This document shows, one piece after another, positions 51,874 through 61,063 of a DNA stretch of 64,000 bases. The stretch covers positions 2,625 to 66,624 of the forward strand of contig CAYJOA010000004.1 of NCBI GenBank assembly GCA_964371495.1, given 5' to 3'. Position 1 is the first letter of the stretch. Each line of letters opens with the position of its first letter. A program made the position numbers and the translations under genes. The notes under the pieces are model-generated. The model did no database searches. It was not told where the DNA came from and was given only the letters and a program-made list of their open reading frames with translations. This DNA comes from an uncultured Rubrivivax sp. (lineage in GTDB: Bacteria > Pseudomonadota > Gammaproteobacteria > Burkholderiales > Burkholderiaceae_C).

Positions 51874-53876
51874 GCGCCACCCACGCGGCTCCGGGCGCGC
51901 AGGCAGGCAACGCGGTCAAGGCCAGGCCGGTGTCTTCCACCGCTAAACGTGTGTTGATCGCGGCGGCCGTGGCCACCTACCTCGGCGCCACCGCGGCGGC
52001 CACGGTGTATGGCAGCGCAGCGCTCTACATGCTGTTCCACAAGCAACGGCCGGCCGGCATCACGGCCGGCACCATGTCGGCATTCTGGTCTGAATACTCG
52101 GCCGAGCCGAAGGAGCGCAAGAAGCTCCAGCTGGCCCTGATGGTCCCGCCCTTCGTGCTGCTGTTGCTGGTGCCCATGGGTATCGCAGCCGCCACACAGA
52201 AGCGTCGCGAGCTGCACGGCTCGGCGCGCTTCGCCAGCGCCATCGAAGTGCGCAACGCCGGACTGCTTGGTGGGCAGGGGATCATCGTCGGCAAGTACAG
52301 GGACAAGTTCCTCACGCTGCCGGGCAAGCAGTCGGTGATGCTCAGCGCACCGACTCGCAGCGGCAAGGGCGTCGGTGTGGTCGTGCCGAACCTGCTGGCC
52401 TGGCAGGACAGCGCCGTGGTCGTCGACATCAAGTCGGAGAACTGGGCGATCACGGCGGGCTTCCGGGCGGCGCACGGCCAGGCGGTCTATGCCTGGGCGC
52501 CATTCGCCGAAGACGGCCGCTCGCACCGATGGAATCCGCTCAGTGCGATCCGCCTGGCCGATCGCCACGTCGTCGGCGACACGCTGGCCATCGCGCAGGT
52601 CCTCTACCCCACGGACGTAAAAGGCAGCGGCACCGAGGGCTTCTTCAACGACACCGCGCGCAACCTGTTCCTCGGCCTCGCCCTATACCTGGTCGAGACG
52701 CCCGAACTGCCGCGAACGATTGGCGAGATCCTGCGACAGTCGAGCGGCCAGGGGCAACCGATCAAGCAGCATCTGCAGAGCCTGATGCAGCAACGCATGG
52801 AGGGCTGCTCGCACCCGAGGGGGCCACTGTCGGACGCCTGCGTCGACGCCCTGATGCGTTTCCTCTCCACCAGCGACAACACGCTGTCGAGCATCCTGGC
52901 CACGCTGAACGCGCCGCTGACGGTCTTCAGCGATCCGCTGGTGGACGCGGCCACGAGCGGCGATGACTTCTCTGTGGCCGATGTTCGCCGGCAGCGCATG
53001 ACGGTGTATGCCTGCATTCCGCCGAACCGGCTCGCCGATGCGCGTGTGCTGTTGAACCTGTTCTTCGCGCAGCTCATCAACCTGAACACGGCCGAACTGC
53101 CCGAGCACAACCCGGCGCTCAAACACCAGTGCCTGGTGTTGCTCGACGAGTTCACCGCGCTCGGCCGCATCAACATCCTGAACGCCGCGGTGGGCTACCT
53201 CGCCGGCTACAACCTGCGCCTGGTGACGGTGATTCAAGCGGTCAGCCAGCTCGAATCGGTCTACGGTCAGCACGACGCCCGCACCTTCGCAACCAACCAT
53301 GCGCTGCAGGTGCTGTATGCCCCGCGCGAGCAGCGCGACGCAAACGAGTACAGCGAGATGCTGGGCACGTTCACTCAGCAGGAGAAGAGCCGCGGCCGGT
53401 CGAGCAGCTCGGGCGCGAAGGGTGGCGGCAGCTCGCAGTCGACGAACGAGAGTTCGCAGCGCCGCGCGCTCTTGCTGCCCCAGGAATTCAAGGAATTGGG
53501 CATCGACCGCGAAGTGCTGATCCTGGAGAACTGCAAGCCGATCCTGGCCGACAAGATCCGCTACTACACCGACCCAGTTTTCATGGAGAGGCTCATGCCG
53601 CCACCTGACCTGCCCGAGCTCGATCTCGCCACACATCGGGCGCGCGTGGAGCACCGCGTGCGCCTGGCCGGCGACGACGAGGAGTTCGGCCTCCACCAGA
53701 TCGCGATCGACTTCCACGGTCTGCCCCAGCTGGATGCCGATGCCTCACCGGAGCAGGTGCAGTCCTTCGTCACCGGATTCTTCGAGGCGCTCGAAGTGGC
53801 CTCGACGCAGACGATCGTCCCCGTCGAACAGACGCCCAACCTGCAATCCAACCTGGAGCCGGCTCGCGCCGCGTAA
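51870..53876 (+). CDS. virD4: Type IV coupling protein VirD4/TraG
   Basis: ATG 51870 overlaps the virB11 stop (ATGA). N-terminal TMs, Walker A APTRSGKGVGVVVPN, Walker B-like LVLLDEF. Confidence 0.9.
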   Translation: MSATHAAPGAQAGNAVKARPVSSTAKRVLIAAAVATYLGATAAATVYGSAALYMLFHKQRPAGITAGTMSAFWSEYSAEPKERKKLQLALMVPPFVLLLLVPMGIAAATQKRRELHGSARFASAIEVRNAGLLGGQGIIVGKYRDKFLTLPGKQSVMLSAPTRSGKGVGVVVPNLLAWQDSAVVVDIKSENWAITAGFRAAHGQAVYAWAPFAEDGRSHRWNPLSAIRLADRHVVGDTLAIAQVLYPTDVKGSGTEGFFNDTARNLFLGLALYLVETPELPRTIGEILRQSSGQGQPIKQHLQSLMQQRMEGCSHPRGPLSDACVDALMRFLSTSDNTLSSILATLNAPLTVFSDPLVDAATSGDDFSVADVRRQRMTVYACIPPNRLADARVLLNLFFAQLINLNTAELPEHNPALKHQCLVLLDEFTALGRINILNAAVGYLAGYNLRLVTVIQAVSQLESVYGQHDARTFATNHALQVLYAPREQRDANEYSEMLGTFTQQEKSRGRSSSSGAKGGGSSQSTNESSQRRALLLPQEFKELGIDREVLILENCKPILADKIRYYTDPVFMERLMPPPDLPELDLATHRARVEHRVRLAGDDEEFGLHQIAIDFHGLPQLDADASPEQVQSFVTGFFEALEVASTQTIVPVEQTPNLQSNLEPARAA

Positions 53877-53881
53877 CAGCT

Positions 53882-54589
53882 ATGCCCATTTCAAGGACGA
53901 TCTACAAGGCAGTGACGACGGCGCACACCGCCTGCTGCGTCGGCATCGGCGCGCTGCTGCTCACCTCGTGCTCGACGCCCCCGAAGCCGCCTTCAGTGGA
54001 TGAGTCCACCAAGCGGCCGGTCAATGCCCGAGCGGCCGTCGACCTGAAGGCCTGCCAGGGCGACCTGAGTCGAGCCACCATCCTGGTGTCCGAGATGGCG
54101 CGCGCCGGTGTCGTCGCGACTTCGCTGAACAAAGCATTGCCGCAGCCCGGCGCTGCGATGGCCAGCGTGCCCACGTCTGAGGCCGCTGACACCGCTGGCA
54201 ACTTGGTGGCTGTCGTCCCTTTCGGCATGGGATCTGCAGCCTGGAGCGTTGAACAGGCCGACGCCGCAGCATTGGTCCGGCGCGCCAAAGACGCCGCTGT
54301 GATCATGATCCGCGGACGCACCGATGCCACCGGTGACTCGATGCAGGAAACGGCGCTCGCGCGCCGCCGTGCTGAGGCGGCTGCGGAGTTTCTGCAGCAG
54401 GCAGGTGTATCGAAGGACAAGCTTCGCCTGACCTGGCAGGGCGCGGGCGATCCGCTCGCAGGGCTTCGTCCCGCTGATCGCTCGCAAAGCCGTCGCGTCG
54501 AGATCGAGTTCTATGCGGCTGCGCCAATGCTCGTGAGTCTGCGCAGCAGCGCGGCGAACGGCAAGGGCACCACCGCAGCGAGCCTGTGA
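53882..54589 (+). CDS. OmpA-domain lipoprotein
   Basis: Lipobox LLLTSCS. C-terminal OmpA-like peptidoglycan-binding motif ...RGRTDATGD...NQ-like...RRAEAAAEFL...SRRVEIEFY. Confidence 0.75.
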   Translation: MPISRTIYKAVTTAHTACCVGIGALLLTSCSTPPKPPSVDESTKRPVNARAAVDLKACQGDLSRATILVSEMARAGVVATSLNKALPQPGAAMASVPTSEAADTAGNLVAVVPFGMGSAAWSVEQADAAALVRRAKDAAVIMIRGRTDATGDSMQETALARRRAEAAAEFLQQAGVSKDKLRLTWQGAGDPLAGLRPADRSQSRRVEIEFYAAAPMLVSLRSSAANGKGTTAASL

Positions 54590-56280
54590 TGAGCTCGGCC
54601 TCCGACGGAAACAACGCGGGCCAGAGCAACGGCCAGGCCGGCGAAGCCGACTCACTGGACCTCGATGGTCGCCGAGCCATCGAAGGCCGCGGACGACCAC
54701 AAGCCAGCGTGCCGGCAGGACGGGTCGCTGAAACTCAGCGTGCTGCAGCTGAAGGCCAGGCGGCGATTGATCCGCTTGTGGCAGACCAGGCGCTGGCAAC
54801 AACAGAGCAGAAACGCGACAGCGGCACCAGGCCGCCTAGTGAGCCGCGAACCTCCCCAGAGTTGGCTCTGGCCGATGCACAAGCACTGAAAGGCATCGAC
54901 AGTCGCCATAAAGGCCTTCAAGCCTTGGTGCCCGGCACGCTCGGCGTGGTGGCGGCACGCGAGGCGGCGACCAGCGACGTGTCGGCGTTGGACGGCTTTG
55001 CGGACAAGGTGCTGCAGGGCCGTGCGGCTGCCGTGATGGGCGACACCGCTGAACAGCAGCCGGCGTACAAGACCGCGCTCAGGGAGGTCTCGCCGCAGTA
55101 CGCCGGCCTGGCTGAACGGGCCTATGCCGAAGAGCAGCAGCGGTCAGCTGCAAAGGAAGATCGAAAGGCCTTGGAGTACGCCAGCCGACGCGACGATGCA
55201 GCCGACAGCATTGCTGGGCGGTACGCAACGATGGCGAGCGCAGGCCTGACCATCAAAGACTTGCAGGGCCCGGCGCTTGATCGCTTGGCCGTCAAGGACA
55301 GCAGGGACCTGTTGCTGATCGAAGGGTTTCCGCCGCACCCGCGTGCGAGCGAAGCCAAGGCGTTGGTTGCAGACAGCATGAAGAGCGATGCTTACCGAGC
55401 CACGTTTGATCGGGAGACAGCCGAATGGGCAACGCCTGGAGTGGTTCGGGCGACAAGCTTTTCGGCGCGTGCGGTGTCGGGCGAGCTACCGGAACAGGTG
55501 CGCGCATCCGGTGCGATGCCGGATGCGAAGCGGGCCGGCACGGCCCAACGATCAGCTGAACGAGTTGACGCGGACATCAACTCAATGCGATCGGAAGGGG
55601 ACACAACCGAGAAGCGCCGCGCCATTCCGCCGCTTGAAGACCGCTTCAACGTCAAACGGATCGGCTTGATCGAGAAGGAATATCACTTCAGGGACCAGGC
55701 CGGGAAGGTTGCCTTCACCGACAAGCTCCTGAGCATCAGCACTGGCAGCGAGAGTCCAGCGGCGATCAAGGCCATGGTGGATCGCGCTGCTGAGCGTGGA
55801 TGGGAAACGGTGAGGCTGACCGGTTCACCGGAGTTTGTCCGGCAGGGATGGATCGCCGCTACTGCACAGGGGCTGAAGGCTGTAGGCCACACGGTGACAG
55901 CTGGGGACCGGGAAGCGGCTGCAAAGGAGCGGGCGCGGCGGCAAGTTGGTCATGATGGACCGGCACCGCAGAGGCCAGGTGAAGCCGTCGGGCGAGTTCA
56001 ATCGGACTACGCCGAACGTGTCAGCGGCGACAGGAAAGCAGCTGAGCTTGGCGGGCAGCGCCAACTCGCCGCTGCGATTGAGAAGGCACTCGTCGACGGC
56101 AAGGTGTCTCCCGAGCTTCGTGGCCAGGTGCGTTCCATGATCGCCACCGAGGGTACGAAACGACTTGCGAGAGGCGAACGGTTCAGGATGCCGGTTTTCG
56201 ACGCAAAGGCTCCACGAACCCGCGCAAAAACCGTTCAACCGAGCGTCAAGCAACGAGGCGACAGAGAGCGGTCCCGCTAA
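54586..56280 (+). CDS. LPD7 (large polyvalent protein-associated domain 7) protein
   Basis: 564 aa. Disordered Ala/Glu-rich N-terminal half, then ...KEYHFRDQAGKVAFTDKLLSISTGSESPAAIKAMVDRAAERGWETVRLTGSPEFVRQGWIAATAQGL..., as recalled for LPD7. Confidence 0.6.
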   Translation: MMSSASDGNNAGQSNGQAGEADSLDLDGRRAIEGRGRPQASVPAGRVAETQRAAAEGQAAIDPLVADQALATTEQKRDSGTRPPSEPRTSPELALADAQALKGIDSRHKGLQALVPGTLGVVAAREAATSDVSALDGFADKVLQGRAAAVMGDTAEQQPAYKTALREVSPQYAGLAERAYAEEQQRSAAKEDRKALEYASRRDDAADSIAGRYATMASAGLTIKDLQGPALDRLAVKDSRDLLLIEGFPPHPRASEAKALVADSMKSDAYRATFDRETAEWATPGVVRATSFSARAVSGELPEQVRASGAMPDAKRAGTAQRSAERVDADINSMRSEGDTTEKRRAIPPLEDRFNVKRIGLIEKEYHFRDQAGKVAFTDKLLSISTGSESPAAIKAMVDRAAERGWETVRLTGSPEFVRQGWIAATAQGLKAVGHTVTAGDREAAAKERARRQVGHDGPAPQRPGEAVGRVQSDYAERVSGDRKAAELGGQRQLAAAIEKALVDGKVSPELRGQVRSMIATEGTKRLARGERFRMPVFDAKAPRTRAKTVQPSVKQRGDRERSR

Positions 56281-56305
56281 GAGTTTTGGCCTACCGGCAA
56301 TCTTT

Positions 56306-56334
56306 GGTCCATCGCACATCGCACGAAATGGACC
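56306..56334. terminator. Hairpin between convergent genes (possible bidirectional terminator)
   Basis: GGTCCAT-15 nt-ATGGACC, perfect 7-bp stem, in the 63-bp gap between the LPD7 stop and the cassette gene C stop. No clear U-tract. Confidence 0.25.
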
Positions 56335-56343
56335 TGGCACAAG

Positions 56344-57027
56344 CTAGATGAGTGTGGGCAAATCTTGCTCGATTGAGCTAACAAGCTTTGGTGCCAACTG
56401 ACCGCTGACCTTGACAGTCCCGTTGGCTGCAAAGGCAACTTGGCCCCTTACACCCCCGAGAAAAAGCTCGAAGACGGCGAGATCAACCTTGTACTTCAGT
56501 CCATTTAGCACGGACATTTCTTCGACCTTCATGCCTTGCTTAGACGCAAACTCCATCCGAGCGACAAGATCGTCGGCAACCACTGCACCGACGACCTTTA
56601 GTCCAACTAGCTTGAACGTATCGACTGCATCAAAAACGGCCGAAGGCCTGATATGGTCAAACGTGATCGGTTTGGCTGTGAAGCCCATCCCTGCGATGGA
56701 TTCAAGGGCGTTGAGCAGGTCGCGAATATTTCGACCTGGGTTTTCCACTCGCAAGAACGTATGCACCCCCAAAGCAACGAAGGCGAAATCAGTGAAGCTG
56801 ACACTGTCGATTTGTTCGTATGAGGGCGAGCCATCTGCCTCAAGCTTTGTGACAACGATTCTTGTGCGCCAGAGAAAACGGTAATCTGCCCCATTGAAGC
56901 TCGCTGCGATCCGAATGAATCCAAATTGAGATGCTGGCAACAGCGGACATTTCCCGACGAGCGCGCCGAAATCTCGTACGCCTGCTGGGAGTTGAACACG
57001 GAACCAGCGATATCTGGTGATCATCAC
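56344..57027 (-). CDS. Cassette gene C: 227-aa soluble protein, no family recognised
   Basis: Start GTG 57027 or ATG 57024 overlaps the stop of gene B (GTGATGA). Low-GC codon usage, no TM, signal peptide or nucleotide-binding motif. Confidence 0.7.
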   Translation of the reverse strand: MMITRYRWFRVQLPAGVRDFGALVGKCPLLPASQFGFIRIAASFNGADYRFLWRTRIVVTKLEADGSPSYEQIDSVSFTDFAFVALGVHTFLRVENPGRNIRDLLNALESIAGMGFTAKPITFDHIRPSAVFDAVDTFKLVGLKVVGAVVADDLVARMEFASKQGMKVEEMSVLNGLKYKVDLAVFELFLGGVRGQVAFAANGTVKVSGQLAPKLVSSIEQDLPTLI

Positions 57028-58127
57028 TCGACTCCAGAGCTTGCGCTCGCATATTCTGCCCGCAGCGAAGCCACGAGGTCTCGCGCCTTCGATTCAATGA
57101 CTCGGGATATTGCATCTGATTCAGACTTGAATGGTGGCCGCCGACGCGTTGAGACTTTTCCTTCCTCAAGCGGGAACACACCGCTGAGGATGAACGAGAA
57201 ACCGGTACAGTCCTTCGGGTCCGAAAAGCCCGCCTCGACGTCATAGACGTTGCCTTCACCCATTGTTTCTGTAGCGGTCCATCCCATCTTGATGATGTAG
57301 TAGTCCTCCTCATCAAGAAGCTCATTCAGTATTTCCGAGCGACTGACGCCACTTCCCCGAAGAAACACTCTTTCAACGTGCGTACCCGGCCCACCGTCTG
57401 CGTCGCTTTCACCATCGCTATCGGTGGCGTCAGGCTTAGCCTTGAACACGTATACGTCAGTGACATCTCGCCGAACAAATCCGTGCATTGTTGTGGCCAG
57501 CTCATGGAAAAACCGAGAGCGTAGTTTGGCCGAAGGAATATCAAAGAGTGAAACGATGGTTTTGGTGAGAGGGACCGCGGCCTCCTTCTCTACCTTCGCC
57601 AGTACTGTCTCCCTGACAGCATTGAGGTACTCGTTTTGCGTGTTGCGGACCACATAGCCAGTGGCCGACTTCACAAACTCAATGGTTCCGTCTCGAACCT
57701 GAATTTGTGCAAATTCGCTCCGCTTGTAATCCACCTCCGAATACTGCACACGGATACTTAGGCTTTCGCCTTCACGAGTCACTTGCACGATATCGCCAGT
57801 GGCCTCCATCTCCTTTCGTACCTGTTCGACGACTCCCTGCAGTTCGTCAAAGTCTCCCACGCCAGCGACGTCCATTGAAGTTGTTCGCTCACGGCGAGAA
57901 GCAATACCCAGTCGAGCTGCAATTTCCTTGTGGTCATAGTAGTCGTGCGTTAGCGTCGAAAAGTACTTGGCCAAGTCTTCGCGCGGCGTCTTCTTGCTAA
58001 CTATGATGTTGCGGCGCTGGAACAACCGAACTACGGTCGGAGCATCGACCTTGTGTTGGTTTAGTGCGTCAAAAACATTCTTGTCGCTGGCGTAGTACAG
58101 CGACGGACCATGAGTTCTCTTCTTCAT
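57024..58127 (-). CDS. Cassette gene B: ~367-aa two-domain soluble protein with acidic linker, no family recognised
   Basis: ATG 58127 overlaps the stop of gene A (ATGA); the ORF also allows GTG 58136. Linker PDATDSDGESDADGGP. Weak GS-x12-DEED pattern. Confidence 0.7.
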   Translation of the reverse strand: MKKRTHGPSLYYASDKNVFDALNQHKVDAPTVVRLFQRRNIIVSKKTPREDLAKYFSTLTHDYYDHKEIAARLGIASRRERTTSMDVAGVGDFDELQGVVEQVRKEMEATGDIVQVTREGESLSIRVQYSEVDYKRSEFAQIQVRDGTIEFVKSATGYVVRNTQNEYLNAVRETVLAKVEKEAAVPLTKTIVSLFDIPSAKLRSRFFHELATTMHGFVRRDVTDVYVFKAKPDATDSDGESDADGGPGTHVERVFLRGSGVSRSEILNELLDEEDYYIIKMGWTATETMGEGNVYDVEAGFSDPKDCTGFSFILSGVFPLEEGKVSTRRRPPFKSESDAISRVIESKARDLVASLRAEYASASSGVE

Positions 58128-59116
58128 TCCCGCCACCCCATATCACCAGGGTTATAGGTGCTAGTGACGCTTGTGATTCTCTCGATCTGGATCTGGCTCA
58201 AGATCGATTCACGAGCTGGATCGAAACCCCAGGCCTTCACGTACTTCTTGCGCGCAGTCAAAAAGATGGACTTCAAATCGTTGGGTGCCTCCGGGTGCGT
58301 CACACGTAGCAAGATCCTCTCCCCAGACTCCAGCATTTGATACCTCGACAGGCTGTCGAGGAAGTATTCAAACTCTTCTGGGCACGAGGCTTTCGCGTTG
58401 TAGTAAATGACGTAGCCGGCGCTCTGCTCCTCGGTCGCCTGATGCTTCAGAATGATGTAGGGCGCTGTAAGTGTTTCAACTGTGGCGGGCTGAGCCCAGA
58501 CGTCACCTTGGCGTCGCGACATCACAAGGTCGGGGTAGTAAAAGGTATATGCCTTCGGAAGTTCGCCGTCCGACTTCAAGCGAATGATGTCGTTCGCTAT
58601 GCTGTACAACCTTTGGATGTCATGCGGGCCGATGAAATGCAGTTGTGTGTTCGGCGCCACCGGAAGAGCCTGGAGGTCGACCTTGTCAATTGCTTCGTAG
58701 AACGGCTTGTCATACCCATTGTCATGGTTATGAATGAACAGGAGGCCCCTCACTTCATGAGCCTCGGATTCTTCGACTGAATACTTGGCGCGCCACTGCC
58801 CCGAACACCGGGCGCAATCGATCGTCATGCACAGCGACTTGAAGGCTCCGCGAAGCCTCGTTGCCGTAATCGAGTCGGCCGCATAGCTCTTCAGGTCAGT
58901 ATGAAGGTAGACAGCCTTTCCAAGATACGGATCTCTGTACATGAAGACAACGTCACCAGGATGACTTGCCTTCGGCTTTCCACCGTCCCCCAAGTGCTTC
59001 TCGTTGGCACAGTCGAAGTTGTCATCGGTCTTTGGATGGGTATCCCAGAGAAGGTGTCTAAAGATGTCCTTTGATAGTCGGGCTGCAATTTCGCCGATGT
59101 TGATGGTCTCCGCCAC
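58124..59116 (-). CDS. Cassette gene A: 330-aa soluble protein with PD-(D/E)xK-like motif, no family recognised
   Basis: GTG start at 59116 with GGGAG 4 nt upstream. ...HPGDVVFMYRDPYLGKAVYLHTDLKSY.... Low-GC. Confidence 0.7.
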   Translation of the reverse strand: MAETINIGEIAARLSKDIFRHLLWDTHPKTDDNFDCANEKHLGDGGKPKASHPGDVVFMYRDPYLGKAVYLHTDLKSYAADSITATRLRGAFKSLCMTIDCARCSGQWRAKYSVEESEAHEVRGLLFIHNHDNGYDKPFYEAIDKVDLQALPVAPNTQLHFIGPHDIQRLYSIANDIIRLKSDGELPKAYTFYYPDLVMSRRQGDVWAQPATVETLTAPYIILKHQATEEQSAGYVIYYNAKASCPEEFEYFLDSLSRYQMLESGERILLRVTHPEAPNDLKSIFLTARKKYVKAWGFDPARESILSQIQIERITSVTSTYNPGDMGWRE

Positions 59117-59275
59117 GAATCTCCCTTCTTCAGCAGCAGCGACCGCGCGGGATGGCGGCTACGCTTGCGGCTCAAAGCTAGGGCAGTTTAAGCACGGCTT
59201 CCAGACGGGGCAACAAAGCGAAGCGCTATGGGCTGACTTCTTAGTGCCGAGGCGAAGGCCAAGTTGGACTGGAGG

Positions 59276-60373
59276 TCAAGATCTACCGCGCCCTGTGCTC
59301 GGCGTCGGCGCCAGAGCCCCGACATCCGGTTGATCCACTTCCACTTGTTGAGCGCGCCTCAATGCTGACCTCGCTGCCCCCTGTCCTCCTGGCGCGACTT
59401 CGGCCAAGTATCGAACGGCTTCCACAGCGAGCCGGACATCCTCAGGGTCGTTTGACCTGGCCAGCGCAACCGCAATTTGCTCCCAAGCCCTGATCGCATC
59501 CGCCCGTACCGCCAGCGCGCGAGCATTGGTGCGCTGCGCAGGCCTCTGCCGCTTCAGTTGCCCACGGCCTGCTGCTCGCTCCTCCCACAGCTTGCGGTAG
59601 TTCCGATTCACGGCCCGTACGGGCTGCCTGCTGGCCACCGCATTCACACCTCGGTCCTGCAGGTTCCGAGCGAAGACGGCGCGCCAGCGATCCAGGTCGG
59701 CCTTGCGCGGAGACAGGCGCACCCCGTCGTACCGATCGGCACGCACCGAAAGGTGCACGTGTGGCGCCCCCTGGTCCTCGTGCATCACGAACACGTACTT
59801 GTGCCCCTCGAACAGCTCGCGCGCCGCCTCGGCCGTGGCAGCGCGCACCGCCTCCGGCGGTGTGCCCACCGGCATCGAGAAGACGATGTTGAAAGCCTCG
59901 CGCCTCGGGCTGTCGTCGTCGATATACGCGCCGGCGACGCGCCACTCATCGGTCAGCTGGACCAGGCCGTCGCGCCCCTGGATCTTCTCGCCCCGCTCGT
60001 CCTCGATCTCCAGCGTCTTGCCCTTGCCGCCAACCTCTTCCTTGCTCTGACGGCCGATGTATCGGAAGTGGGCAGCAATGGCCTTCATGCCGCGGCCACC
60101 GCCGGTGATCTTGACCATCACCTGCGTCGCACCAGGCGACACCGTGCTGCGCACCCGACTGCGCACTTCGTTGGGAGACATCACGGCGGTCAACGCGGCC
60201 ACGGTCGTCAGCAGCGGCAGCTTGCCGCCGCCCCCGCCACCCTTGCCCTTGGGGATCGGATAGAACAGCCTGGCGCCCCACTCGGACAGCATGCCGTCGG
60301 TGTCCAGCGTGTTGCGCGTGGGGCCCTGCGGCGCGGCCGGGCCCGTGCCGGTCTTCGATCGGTCGTTGCTCAA
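59276..60373 (-). CDS. Relaxase (MobA/VirD2-family, short form)
   Basis: IAAHFRYIGR (catalytic Tyr motif) and HKYVFVMHEDQGAPHVHLSV (HxDxxxPHxH 3-His motif). Start overlaps the mobC stop. Confidence 0.85.
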   Translation of the reverse strand: MSNDRSKTGTGPAAPQGPTRNTLDTDGMLSEWGARLFYPIPKGKGGGGGGKLPLLTTVAALTAVMSPNEVRSRVRSTVSPGATQVMVKITGGGRGMKAIAAHFRYIGRQSKEEVGGKGKTLEIEDERGEKIQGRDGLVQLTDEWRVAGAYIDDDSPRREAFNIVFSMPVGTPPEAVRAATAEAARELFEGHKYVFVMHEDQGAPHVHLSVRADRYDGVRLSPRKADLDRWRAVFARNLQDRGVNAVASRQPVRAVNRNYRKLWEERAAGRGQLKRQRPAQRTNARALAVRADAIRAWEQIAVALARSNDPEDVRLAVEAVRYLAEVAPGGQGAARSALRRAQQVEVDQPDVGALAPTPSTGRGRS

Positions 60374-60972
60374 GACTTCTCCTTGTGCGGGGTCACCAAC
60401 GCCCGGATCGTCGCCACGACCCGCGCCGCCTGCTCGACGTGTTCGCGCACCGCCTGCGCGAAGACCTGCAGGTTCTTGGTGTCGGCGTTGCGGAACCCGC
60501 CCTGCATCGCGTTCAGCGACTTGGCGATCTGGTTGATGTTCTTGCCGATCGGCAGCAGCTCGTGGTTCGAGCGCATGAGCGCGGCGACGCCGTCCTTGAG
60601 CGGCGTCGCGTCGACCGGCTCAACTGCCGTCGTCGGCCCCTGGCCGATGAAGTGACGCAGCACCAGGCGCAGTGCCGCAGGACGCGTGCGGAACTGCCCT
60701 TGCGCCTGGACCTGCTGAAGGAGGCTGGCCAGCTCGGCGTCGAGGACCAGGCGGCCAGGTGCTGCGGCCGATGCGTCGGGCCCCAACCGCCGCTGATTCC
60801 CGGTGTCTGCCGATGCCGCCTCCTGTGCCAGCTCCCGCTGGAGGAGTTCGCGAGTCCATTCAGAGGGGGTGCGACCACCAGCCGCCGCCGCGGCCCGGAC
60901 ACGAGCCGACAGCTCGGGCCCGACATCGACGTGAAGCGTCGCCCGTTGCGAGGCCTGCCTGCCCGTGTTCAT
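60370..60972 (-). CDS. mobC: MobC-family relaxosome accessory protein
   Basis: Start at ATG 60972. N-terminal RHH-like (TLHVDVGPELSARVRAAAAAGGRTPSEWTRELL) and C-terminal LLPIGKNINQIAKSLN MobC motif. Confidence 0.8.
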   Translation of the reverse strand: MNTGRQASQRATLHVDVGPELSARVRAAAAAGGRTPSEWTRELLQRELAQEAASADTGNQRRLGPDASAAAPGRLVLDAELASLLQQVQAQGQFRTRPAALRLVLRHFIGQGPTTAVEPVDATPLKDGVAALMRSNHELLPIGKNINQIAKSLNAMQGGFRNADTKNLQVFAQAVREHVEQAARVVATIRALVTPHKEKS

Positions 60973-61063
60973 CGGGCAGGCCTCGTGACACAAACAAGCC
61001 GGCGCAGCCTATCCTGCTCTCCACTCTTTCGCATCTGTGTTTGGTGTCGCATCCCCTCGTGCA

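Noticed and set aside
61011-61016. ATCCTG as proof of an IncP/Ti-type nick site
   Set aside because: A hexamer is expected roughly 30 times on both strands of this window by chance. It is kept only as one of two oriT candidates, not as a called nic site.
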